62,000 bases of DNA from Hyalangium minutum (lineage in GTDB: Bacteria; Myxococcota; Myxococcia; Myxococcales; Myxococcaceae): contig NZ_JMCB01000006.1 in assembly GCF_000737315.1 (NCBI RefSeq), positions 144,001 to 206,000 on the forward strand, given 5' to 3'. Positions 48,456 to 56,508 of this stretch are shown piece after piece. The notes under the pieces are model-generated. The model made no database searches and was not told the origin of the DNA. It saw only the letters and a program-made list of their open reading frames with translations. Every line of letters starts with the position of its first letter. Positions within the stretch are counted from its first letter, which is position 1. The position numbers were made by a program, and so were the translations under genes.

Positions 48456-49199
48456 TCAGCTCCTCGCCAGGGCCCGGCCACGGGTCCGTGCAATCGTCTG
48501 TGCCAGCTCCCGGATGGAGATGGGCTTGCGCATGCAGGCGACATCCCCCAGTGCTGCCACCTGCCGCATCATCTCGGGGACTTCGTGCCCGGACACCGCG
48601 ATGAACGCCACGGGCTGACCCGAACCCCTCAGCCGCTCCACCACCTGCGCGCCCGTCATCCCCGGCATCACCAAGTCCACCACGCAGACATCGATCTTCC
48701 CGGTGCGCATGCGCTCCAGCGCCTCGTCCCCGTCGTACGCCGCCTGCGCCCGGATGCCGCAGAGGCGTAGCCCCTCCACCGTCGCCTCCGCCACGTCCTG
48801 CGAGTCATCCACCACCAACACCTCGGGTACGAGTGCCGCGCGGCGCAGCGTCCTCAACAGGTGCGCCACGTCGAACGGCTTGTGGAGCACGGTGAAGACG
48901 CCCTCGGCCAGCGCGTCCTCCACCAGGTTCTCCTGGGCGAACGCCGTCATCAGCACCACGGGCAACCCGGGCTGCTCGCGCCGCAGGTGGCGGGCCAGCT
49001 CCACGCCGTGCAGCCCCGGCATGCGGATGTCCGCCAGCACCACGTCCACCGGCCGCTGGCGCACCACCCGCAGCGCCTCCTCGCCCGTGGGGGCCTCCAC
49101 CACCTCGTGGCCCTCCAGCTCGAGGTTGGCGGCGAGCGTCACCCGCATCGACTCCTCGTCATCCACCACCAGGACGCGCGCCGGGCTCACGGGGCTCAC
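48456..49199 (-). CDS. Tandem dual-receiver response regulator
   Basis: Two REC domains: VVDDEE/LADIRMPG/HKPF and VVDDSQ/VVDLVMPG/RKPI. Confidence 0.9.
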   Translation of the reverse strand: MSPVSPARVLVVDDEESMRVTLAANLELEGHEVVEAPTGEEALRVVRQRPVDVVLADIRMPGLHGVELARHLRREQPGLPVVLMTAFAQENLVEDALAEGVFTVLHKPFDVAHLLRTLRRAALVPEVLVVDDSQDVAEATVEGLRLCGIRAQAAYDGDEALERMRTGKIDVCVVDLVMPGMTGAQVVERLRGSGQPVAFIAVSGHEVPEMMRQVAALGDVACMRKPISIRELAQTIARTRGRALARS

Positions 49200-50615
49200 C
49201 TAGGCCGCTCGCGCCTGGGCCGGCGGCAACTGGATGACGAACTCACTGCCCCGGCCCTGCTCGCTCGACACCTGGAGCGTGCCGCCGTGGCGCTGCACCC
49301 GCGTGGCGACGATGGCCAGCCCCAGCCCCGTGCCCTCCTTCTTGGTGGTGAACAGCGGCTCGAAGATGCGCGGCAGCACGTCCGGCGGAATCCCGCCGCC
49401 ATCATCCACCACGCGCACGCGCAGCGGCTCGGCGCCGCCGCCGTCGGCCCGCACCACCACCTCGCCCGGGCGCCCCGCGGGAATGGCCTCCACCGCGTTC
49501 TGCACCAGGTTGATGAGCACCTGCCGGAACTGATCTCGGTCCAACAGCGGCACGGGCAGCGCCTCGGGCACCTGGTTGAGCACCCGCACCTGCTCGCGCG
49601 CGGGCACCACCCCCACCGCCTCCTCCACCAGCGGCCGCAGCGGACAGGGCTGGAGGCTCACCGGGCGCTCGCGCGCGAAGTCCAACAGGTCCGAGATGAT
49701 GCGCGCGCAGCTGTTCAGCTCCCGGTCCATCAACGCCAGGAACTGGGGCACGCGCGCGTCGTTCGCCAGCGGCTCCGGCCGTGCCAGGCGCTTGCAGAGG
49801 TACGCATGCGCGTTGCGCACGGCGGCCAGCGGGTTGCGCAGCTCATGGCCCACCCCGGCGGCCAGCTGGCCCACCGCCGCCAGCTTCTCCACCCGGATGA
49901 GGTGCTCCTGGGCACCCTTCAGCTCCGTCAGCGCCCGGTTCAGCTCCGCCGTCTTCTGGTGCTCGCGCTCGGAGGCCAGCTCCGCCACCGCGCGGCGCTC
50001 GGCCATCTCCCGCATCTCGCGCACCGCCTCGCGGATGGAGCGCAGCAGCACCAGGTCCAGGAACACCAGCCACACCGCGTGTTCCAGCAGCCGCCACCAC
50101 TCCGGGCTCGGCGTGCCGTAGATGGACTCCGGCCACAGCATGCCCCGCACCCAGTGGTCCAACACCACCACGCCGCTCGCGGTGAGCAGCACCGGCCACT
50201 CCCGGTAGAAGGCCAGGAACGTCAGCGAGCCCAGCGTGTGGAAGTGCGTCTCGATGCGCCCGCCCGTCAGGTGGATGAGCAGCGCGGACCAGAGCACCTG
50301 GCAGATGGCCACCGTGTGCCGGGTGAGCGAAGTACCGGGCCGCCGCCACACCTGGACAATGGTGACTGCGCTCAGCACCCCGCCGAGCACCACCGCCACC
50401 CAGATGTGCGAGTCAGCCGCCCGCGCCTTGCCTGCCCAGCCGTACGGCGAGAACACGGCCGCGAGGACGAGGGCCGCCAGCCACTGCGCGCCCATCAGCC
50501 AGGCGAAGAGCCGATCCACCCTCCGCCACACTTCCTGCTGGTGCTGAGAGAAGAGCCGGGCGACGCGCTCCTCGAGCTGCTCCGTCGCGCCGGGCTCCAC
50601 CACCGCCGGCTTCAT
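49200..50615 (-). CDS. Intramembrane-sensing histidine kinase (about 6 TM)
   Basis: TM domain with GGRIETHFH, YREW, DH, LEHAVW; HELRNPL, NAVEA, DDGGG, FTTK, GTGLGL. Confidence 0.9.
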   Translation of the reverse strand: MKPAVVEPGATEQLEERVARLFSQHQQEVWRRVDRLFAWLMGAQWLAALVLAAVFSPYGWAGKARAADSHIWVAVVLGGVLSAVTIVQVWRRPGTSLTRHTVAICQVLWSALLIHLTGGRIETHFHTLGSLTFLAFYREWPVLLTASGVVVLDHWVRGMLWPESIYGTPSPEWWRLLEHAVWLVFLDLVLLRSIREAVREMREMAERRAVAELASEREHQKTAELNRALTELKGAQEHLIRVEKLAAVGQLAAGVGHELRNPLAAVRNAHAYLCKRLARPEPLANDARVPQFLALMDRELNSCARIISDLLDFARERPVSLQPCPLRPLVEEAVGVVPAREQVRVLNQVPEALPVPLLDRDQFRQVLINLVQNAVEAIPAGRPGEVVVRADGGGAEPLRVRVVDDGGGIPPDVLPRIFEPLFTTKKEGTGLGLAIVATRVQRHGGTLQVSSEQGRGSEFVIQLPPAQARAA

Positions 50616-50646
50616 GGCGGCAAGCCCTGTGCTGCGCTCCACGCCA

Positions 50647-51078
50647 TCACATCACCCGTTTCCAGGCCCCAAGCTCTGTCGTCAGCGAGCTCATCACCCG
50701 CTTGAGCCGCGCGGACTCCGCCGCGCGCTGCACAATCTCAATCAGGCGCTGCGGCTCGTACGGCTTGATGAGCAGGTAGTAGAGCCCCTGCATCTCGTAC
50801 TTGTCTCGCTTCTCCAGGTACTCGGCATGGCCGGTGACGAGCACCCCGGACATGTGCGGCTGGCGCGCCATCGCCTCGCGCAACAGCTGGATTCCGTTGC
50901 GACCCGGCATGTTGAAGTCCGTGCACAGCACGTCCACGCTGTTGCGCTCCATCAGCCGAAGCGCCTCGGTCGCATCCGGCGCCGTCAACACGCGGAAGTC
51001 CTCGGACAGGACCGCCGCCGCGGTGATGAGCACCGGGTGCTCATCATCAACCACCAGGACCGTGAGCCTCTCGTTCAT
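50647..51078 (-). CDS. Single-domain response regulator with short C-terminal tail
   Basis: VLVVDDE, LCTDFNMPG, VTG, IKPY. Start at MNERL. Confidence 0.88.
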   Translation of the reverse strand: MNERLTVLVVDDEHPVLITAAAVLSEDFRVLTAPDATEALRLMERNSVDVLCTDFNMPGRNGIQLLREAMARQPHMSGVLVTGHAEYLEKRDKYEMQGLYYLLIKPYEPQRLIEIVQRAAESARLKRVMSSLTTELGAWKRVM

Positions 51079-51359
51079 GACTTCCAAGCGCCTCGTGGTA
51101 GCCCCCAACCTCGGGGTGGGTACAAGTAGGACAAGCGCCGGAGAACCCGGCACTGCCCGAGACGTTGTTGAAACACCGTACCCTGGGTGGATCGACACCG
51201 CCCCTCGCAGGCAGGGCTCAGGTTCGGCAGCGGACAAAGTCCGGCCCCAGGCTTTCCCAGAAGTCCTTTTTTTCACGCTATGACTTTCGGAAGTGAACGC
51301 TTGCGGGGCCTGCACGCTGATAGGTTGCGGCGGATCGCAGCCTCAGGGGGGCTCCCTTC

Positions 51360-52478
51360 ATGGAAGTTGAGGTCCGCTTCGCCACCACGGAAGACGAGCG
51401 TGCCGCCGTCTACCGTCTGCGCTACGCGACCTATGTGGAGGAGATGCACGTCTACACCCGGCAGGCCGATCACGAGCGCCACTGGTTCCTGGACTCGGAG
51501 GACACCGCGGCCCACTTGATGTACGCAAAGGTGGAAGAGGACGTGGTGGGGACGCTCCGGGTGCAGCTGGAGGCAGAGGGAGCCCTGCCCGAGCCCACGG
51601 CCTCGCGCTTCGCGCTGGAGCGCTTCCGGCCGCTGGTGCGCCCGGAGCAGATCTGCGTGGTGGGCCGCTTCATGGTGCGCCAGGACATGCGCGGCACGGC
51701 GGTGCCCTACCGGCTCATTCAAGAGAGCATCCGCTTCCAGCTCGCCCAGGGCCAGGAGCTGGCCTTCTGCGACTGCCAGCCGCACTTGCTCAACCTTTAT
51801 ATGTCGCTGGGGTTCCGGCCCTACCTGGGCACGTATGACCACCCGGAGTTCGGGGTGATGGTGCCGCTGGTGCTGGTGCTGCGGGACCGAGAGCACCTGG
51901 AGTGGGTGGGCTCGCCGCTGACGCCGCTGCTGCCCACGGACGCGCCGCCCTCGGAGGTGCCGGAGCGGGTGGCGCCGCTGCTGGCGAAGGCGCGCGGGGT
52001 GATGAGCCAGGAGCTGAGCGATCCGGACTCGTACTGGCGGGAGGTGCACGGGCTGATGGGCACGGCGCGCCCGGCCGTGTTCGCCGGTCTGTCCGAGCAG
52101 GAGCTGCAGGCGGTGCTGGCCAGCAGCCACGTCATCCAGTGCGCTCCGGGGGACTACCTCATCCGCAAGGGGCAGGTGGCGCGCACCGTGTTCGTGGTGC
52201 TCGCCGGCTCGCTGGAGGTGCGCGACGGAGAGCGCGCGGTAGCCACCGCGTCCGAGGGCGAGGTGCTCGGGGAGGTGGCCTTCCTGCTGTCCAGCTCTCG
52301 CATCAGCGACGTGTGCGCCACGGGCAATGGCGCGCGAGTGCTGTGCCTGAGCGAGAAGTCGCTGCGCGCGCTGATCGACTCCAGCTCGCGCGCGGCGGCG
52401 CTGCTGCTGCTCAACCTGTCGCGAGCGCTGGCGCACAAGCTGGTCCAGCGCGCGGACAACCCCAAGTCGGGCGGTTAG
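51360..52478 (+). CDS. LuxI/FeeM-type GNAT N-acyl synthase fused to a cyclic-nucleotide-binding domain
   Basis: YRLRY..YVEE, D..D, VVGTLR, VGRFMVR...RG, YMSLGF; C-terminal FAGLS...GDYLIRKG...GEVLGEVAFL...RISDV. Confidence 0.8.
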   Translation: MEVEVRFATTEDERAAVYRLRYATYVEEMHVYTRQADHERHWFLDSEDTAAHLMYAKVEEDVVGTLRVQLEAEGALPEPTASRFALERFRPLVRPEQICVVGRFMVRQDMRGTAVPYRLIQESIRFQLAQGQELAFCDCQPHLLNLYMSLGFRPYLGTYDHPEFGVMVPLVLVLRDREHLEWVGSPLTPLLPTDAPPSEVPERVAPLLAKARGVMSQELSDPDSYWREVHGLMGTARPAVFAGLSEQELQAVLASSHVIQCAPGDYLIRKGQVARTVFVVLAGSLEVRDGERAVATASEGEVLGEVAFLLSSSRISDVCATGNGARVLCLSEKSLRALIDSSSRAAALLLLNLSRALAHKLVQRADNPKSGG

Positions 52479-52502
52479 GGCCGCCCGCGCGCCGGAACCT
52501 CC

Positions 52503-52835
52503 TCAGCGGTGCGCGTGCTGAGTCTCCGTGTAGTGCTGGAGCTGGTGGCGGACCGCCTCGAAGGCGTCATTCACCGCCTGATACGGGTCCTCGTGCTCAC
52601 GGCGCTCGGCGTGCTCGCGCCCGGCGAAGAGCTCCTTGCCCGGCACGTGCAGATCGACGCGCACGTGGAAGCGGTTGCCCTGGCGCTGGTGCTTGTGCGG
52701 CTGCTCCACCACGACGTGGCAGCCGACGATGCGATCGCAGAACTGCTCCAGCTTCTCCGCCTCACCCCGGATGTACTCGGCCATGGCCTCGCTCGTGTCC
52801 ATCCCCCGGAAGGTGATCTGCAGCGGTCGGTTCAT
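52503..52835 (-). CDS. hpf: Ribosome hibernation factor HPF/RaiA family
   Basis: LQITFRGMDTSEAM...KLE...CHVVVE...VRVDLHVPG...DPYQAVNDAF. Confidence 0.88.
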   Translation of the reverse strand: MNRPLQITFRGMDTSEAMAEYIRGEAEKLEQFCDRIVGCHVVVEQPHKHQRQGNRFHVRVDLHVPGKELFAGREHAERREHEDPYQAVNDAFEAVRHQLQHYTETQHAHR

Positions 52836-52882
52836 CTGTCGCCTCGGTAAAGGCCCCGTGGGCCGGTTCACCCTCTCTCCAT

Positions 52883-52898
52883 TGCATTCCCAGGGCCA
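52883..52898 (-). promoter_or_regulatory. Putative sigma-54 promoter for the hpf-like gene
   Basis: Minus strand TGGCCCTGGGAATGCA, exact GG-N10-GC spacing, about 48 nt above the start codon. Confidence 0.5.
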
Positions 52899-53115
52899 GC
52901 ACGCTCCCAGGCGATTCAAGGGGTTACGCGCCCCCCGGACGCAGGCTTTGCGGCAAATCGCCTCACGGCCGCAGCGGCTGCGGGGCGTTCTGACACTCCT
53001 GCACGGACAGAGGGGCGCGCCTCACCGCCCGTCCACCGGCCGAGCGGCCCGCGAGGGGTTGCGCCAGCGTGCCTACCTTGTCCATCGGAGCCCTCCTGGC
53101 TCCCGAGGAGGCGGA

Positions 53116-54030
53116 ATGATTCGGTTTGGCCCCGCGGGGTGGACATATAAGGACTGGGAGGGGGTGGTGTACCCCAAGCCCAAGCCGAAGGGGTTCGATC
53201 CGCTGGAGGCCATGGCGTCGCTGTTCGACACCATCGAGCTCAACACCTCCTTCTATGCGCCCATGACGCCGCACAACGCGCACCTGTGGCTGGAGCGCAC
53301 GGCGTTCAACCCGGACTTCCGCTTCACGGCGAAGCTGTGGCGGCGCTTCACCCACGAGCGCTCCGAGCCCTGGACGGCGGAGGAGGTGCGGTGGACGCGG
53401 GTGGGGCTGGGCATCCTGGAGAAGGCCGGCCGGCTGGGGGCCGTGCTGGTGCAGTTCCCCTGGTCCTTCCGCAACGTGCCGGAGAACCGGGACCATGTGG
53501 ACGCCATCGTCTCGGCGTTCGAGGGCTTCCCGCTGGTGCTGGAGGTGCGGCACGCCTCGTGGAACGAGCCCTCGTACTACGCGGAGCTGGTGGAGCGGGG
53601 GCTGGGCTTCGTGAACATTGATCAGCCGCTCTTCAAGGACTCCATTGCCCCGAGCGCGCGGGCCACGGCGTCCGTGGGCTACGTGCGCGTGCACGGCCGC
53701 AACTACAAGGAGTGGTTCCGGCAGAAGGGCTCGGCGTACGACCGGTATGACTACCTGTACTCCGCGCGAGAGCTGGAGCCCTGGGCGGCGCGGACGAAGG
53801 AGGTCGCCTCGCACCCGCGCACGGAGGACGTGTACGTCATCACCAACAACCACGCGCGGGGCAAGGGCGTGACGAACGCGCTGATGTTGAAGGCGATGGT
53901 GACGGGCGAGCAGGTGGAGGCCCCCGCGACGCTGCTGCGCGAGTACCCCGAGCACCTGGCCCCATACGCCCGCCCGGTGGACCTGGCGGCCCGGGAGTGG
54001 GGGGCCCCGGGACTCTTGGGGGAAAGGTGA
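53116..54030 (+). CDS. DUF72 (YecE-like) protein
   Basis: GGAGG RBS; IRFGPAGW.Y.DW.G..YP, FDTIELNTSFY, LVQFPWSF, LEVRHASW, YVRVHGRN, YDYLYS. Confidence 0.9.
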   Translation: MIRFGPAGWTYKDWEGVVYPKPKPKGFDPLEAMASLFDTIELNTSFYAPMTPHNAHLWLERTAFNPDFRFTAKLWRRFTHERSEPWTAEEVRWTRVGLGILEKAGRLGAVLVQFPWSFRNVPENRDHVDAIVSAFEGFPLVLEVRHASWNEPSYYAELVERGLGFVNIDQPLFKDSIAPSARATASVGYVRVHGRNYKEWFRQKGSAYDRYDYLYSARELEPWAARTKEVASHPRTEDVYVITNNHARGKGVTNALMLKAMVTGEQVEAPATLLREYPEHLAPYARPVDLAAREWGAPGLLGER

Positions 54031-54105
54031 CGTAGGGGGAATTGCATGTCTCCAGGCAAGCCGCTTCAATCCGCACCGGGATGCGTAAGGAGCCATGACC
54101 CGCCC

Positions 54106-54633
54106 GTGAACACAGCCCGTATCGAAGTCCTGGGGAACGCCATCCTCTCCGCGATGGAGGCGATGAAGATCGCTCCCGAGCGCGCTCAGCGCATCTTCGC
54201 GGAGCACGGCATCACCCAGCCGGAGAAAGACGCGTGGTACCCCGTGGACAGCGTGCTGCGGGCGTACCGGGACATCTTGAAACAGATCGGCCCGAACACC
54301 ATGAAGGCGGTGGGGCGCAACATCCCCAAGAACGCGGAGTTCCCCCGAGGCCTCACCACGGTGGAGCAAGCGCTGAAGTCCCTGAACACGGCCTACCGGA
54401 TGAACCACCGGGGTCCGGGCGGCATCGGCGGCTACCACTACGAGTCCACGAGCGCGAGGGCGGGGCAGGTCACCTGCGACAACCCGTATCCGTGCCCGGT
54501 GGACGAGGGGCTGGTGGAGGCCATCGCCGAGCGCTTCAAGCCCAAGGACGCCTTCTTCATCCGCCTGCATCATGATCCGGCGACGTGCCGGGGCCGTGGG
54601 GACGCCGCCTGCGTCTACCACGTGGCGTGGTAA
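54106..54633 (+). CDS. Standalone V4R/HNOB-like protein, copy 1 (5' end possibly frameshifted; ATG at 54095)
   Basis: EV.G..I, WYP, IGPNT...VGR.IP, MNHRG...IGGY, CDNPYPC..DEG, C...G...C.Y...W. Confidence 0.7.
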   Translation: MNTARIEVLGNAILSAMEAMKIAPERAQRIFAEHGITQPEKDAWYPVDSVLRAYRDILKQIGPNTMKAVGRNIPKNAEFPRGLTTVEQALKSLNTAYRMNHRGPGGIGGYHYESTSARAGQVTCDNPYPCPVDEGLVEAIAERFKPKDAFFIRLHHDPATCRGRGDAACVYHVAW

Positions 54634-54644
54634 GGGAACGGCGG

Positions 54645-55184
54645 ATGCCGCAACGCTTTCAGTTGGAGAAGTTCGAGGTGCAGGGCCAGGCCATCATGTC
54701 GGTGGTCGCGGCCATGGCCCTCATCCAACACCGAGCGCTGAAGATCCTCGCGGATCGCGGCATCACCCCGCTGGAGAAGGACCGCTGGTATCCGCTGGAT
54801 CGGCTCATGGAGGTCTTCAAGACCATCAGCACGGAGATTGGTCCCAACACGGTGAAGGCGGTGGGGCGGAAGATTCCGGAGAACGCGCAGTTCCCTCCGA
54901 ACCTCAAGACCATCGAGGAAGGCTTCCGCTCCATCGACGTGGCCTACCAGATGTGCCACCGAGGCCCAGGGAACGTGGGGGGCTACCACTACGCGCCGAC
55001 GGGCAGCCGCACGGCTCGGATGGTCTGCGACAACCCGTATCCGTGCGGCCTGGACGAGGGGCTGCTGGAGGCCATCGGAGAGCGCTTCCGGCCCATCGAC
55101 TCGCTCTGGGTGCGGGTGGAGCACCCACCCGGCCCCTGCCGGAAAAAGGGTGCGGCCTCCTGCACCTACAACCTGTCCTGGTAG
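54645..55184 (+). CDS. Standalone V4R/HNOB-like protein, copy 2
   Basis: Tandem paralog of 54106-54633 with the same motifs. Confidence 0.75.
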   Translation: MPQRFQLEKFEVQGQAIMSVVAAMALIQHRALKILADRGITPLEKDRWYPLDRLMEVFKTISTEIGPNTVKAVGRKIPENAQFPPNLKTIEEGFRSIDVAYQMCHRGPGNVGGYHYAPTGSRTARMVCDNPYPCGLDEGLLEAIGERFRPIDSLWVRVEHPPGPCRKKGAASCTYNLSW

Positions 55185-56371
55185 CTGCGCGCTGCGCGAG
55201 CGGTCCCCCCTCCCAGCACCCCGAGCGCCACGAGCGCAAAGCCACCTCCCACGAGGCACACGCCCGTCCAGCCGAAGCGCACCCACGCCGAGGTGCCCAG
55301 CCAGGCGCCAGCGGCTCCTCCCACGAAGTAGGTCACCATGTAGACGGTGTTGAGCCGGCTGCGCGCCTCGGGGCGTAAGGAGTAGACGCGCGTCTGGTTC
55401 GAGATGTGGTTGGACTGGGCTCCCAGGTCCAGGAGGATGACGCCCAGCGCGATGCCCCACAGCCATTGCCCAAGCAGCGCCAGCACGACGAAGGAGGCCA
55501 GCAGCACGCCAATGGCCAGCGCGTTGATCTTCCGGTCCCCTCGGACGTCCGCGTAGCGCCCCACGAGCGGCGCCGCGGCCGCTCCCACGACTCCCACCGC
55601 GCCGAAGAGGCCCGCTGTCTGAGGACCGTAGTGCTCGGGCAGGCTCTGGAGGTAGAGGGCCAGCGTGGCCCAGAAGGCTCCGAACGAGCCGAAGGTGAGC
55701 GCTCCCAGCAGCGAGTGGAGCCGCAGCACGGGCTCCTCGCGCACCAGTCCTCCGATCGATCGCAGCAGTGCACCGTAGGGCATGGCCGCCACGGCCTCCT
55801 GAGACGGAAGGGCCAGCCGCAGGACTCCCGCCATCACCAGCATCAGTCCAGCGCCGATCCAGAACATCGCTCGCCAGCCCAGGTGCGTGCCGATGAAGCC
55901 CGCCGCCGTGCGCGACAGGAGGATGCCAATGAGCAGCCCGCTCATCACCGTGCCCACCACCCGCCCGCGCTCGGCCGGCGGGGCCAGATGCGCGGCGAAG
56001 GGCACCAGGAGCTGAGGGACGACGGTGGTGATGCCCACGGCGAAGCTCGCCGCCACCATCCACGCCAGGCTCGGCGCGAGCGCTGCGCCCATCAAGGCCA
56101 GGCTCACCAGCACCGTCATGGTGACGATGACGCGCCGCCGCTCGAGGCTGTCTCCCAAGGGGACGATGAGCAGCATGCCCGCCGCGTAGCCCACCTGTGT
56201 CATCGTCGGAACCCAGCCGAGCGCACTGCCCATCGCGCCCAGCTCCCGCCCGATGTCTCCCAGCAGGGGCTGGTTGTAATAGAGGTTGGCCGCCGCCATC
56301 CCCGAGGCTCCCGCCATCAGCCACACCAGGCCGGAGCTCAAATGCCCCGGCTGTCCTTCTGATTCGCCCAT
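55166..56371 (-). CDS. MFS transporter
   Basis: ANLYYNQPLL, VPLGDSLERR motif A, about 12 TM. Confidence 0.92.
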   Translation of the reverse strand: MGESEGQPGHLSSGLVWLMAGASGMAAANLYYNQPLLGDIGRELGAMGSALGWVPTMTQVGYAAGMLLIVPLGDSLERRRVIVTMTVLVSLALMGAALAPSLAWMVAASFAVGITTVVPQLLVPFAAHLAPPAERGRVVGTVMSGLLIGILLSRTAAGFIGTHLGWRAMFWIGAGLMLVMAGVLRLALPSQEAVAAMPYGALLRSIGGLVREEPVLRLHSLLGALTFGSFGAFWATLALYLQSLPEHYGPQTAGLFGAVGVVGAAAAPLVGRYADVRGDRKINALAIGVLLASFVVLALLGQWLWGIALGVILLDLGAQSNHISNQTRVYSLRPEARSRLNTVYMVTYFVGGAAGAWLGTSAWVRFGWTGVCLVGGGFALVALGVLGGGTARAARSYQDRL

Positions 56372-56421
56372 CTCGACCGAGCCCCCTGCTTCCTGTTCTC
56401 GCGGGACTGTCCCTCAACGCT

Positions 56422-56450
56422 ATGACGAAAGCATGACGGAAAGATGGCGG
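56422..56450 (-). promoter_or_regulatory. Three direct repeats at 11-bp pitch (OmpR/PhoB-type operator candidate)
   Basis: ATGACG at 56422 and 56433, ATGGCG at 56444 (CGTCAT on the minus strand), 50-80 nt above the MFS start. Confidence 0.4.
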
Positions 56451-56508
56451 ACGCCCGGAGATCACCGCTGGCGGACTTCATACCCTGCACGTTGGGAGGA
56501 GCCCACCG

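Noticed and set aside
51360-52478. Calling this gene luxI (AHL synthase)
   Set aside because: The LuxI-conserved Trp, Phe and Glu positions are substituted and there is no luxR. Only the broader LuxI/FeeM fold is supported.
45425-52478. 2-methylisoborneol-type cluster (terpene cyclase plus cNMP-binding protein)
   Set aside because: There is no GPP methyltransferase, and the cNMP domain is 5 kb away and fused to an acyltransferase.
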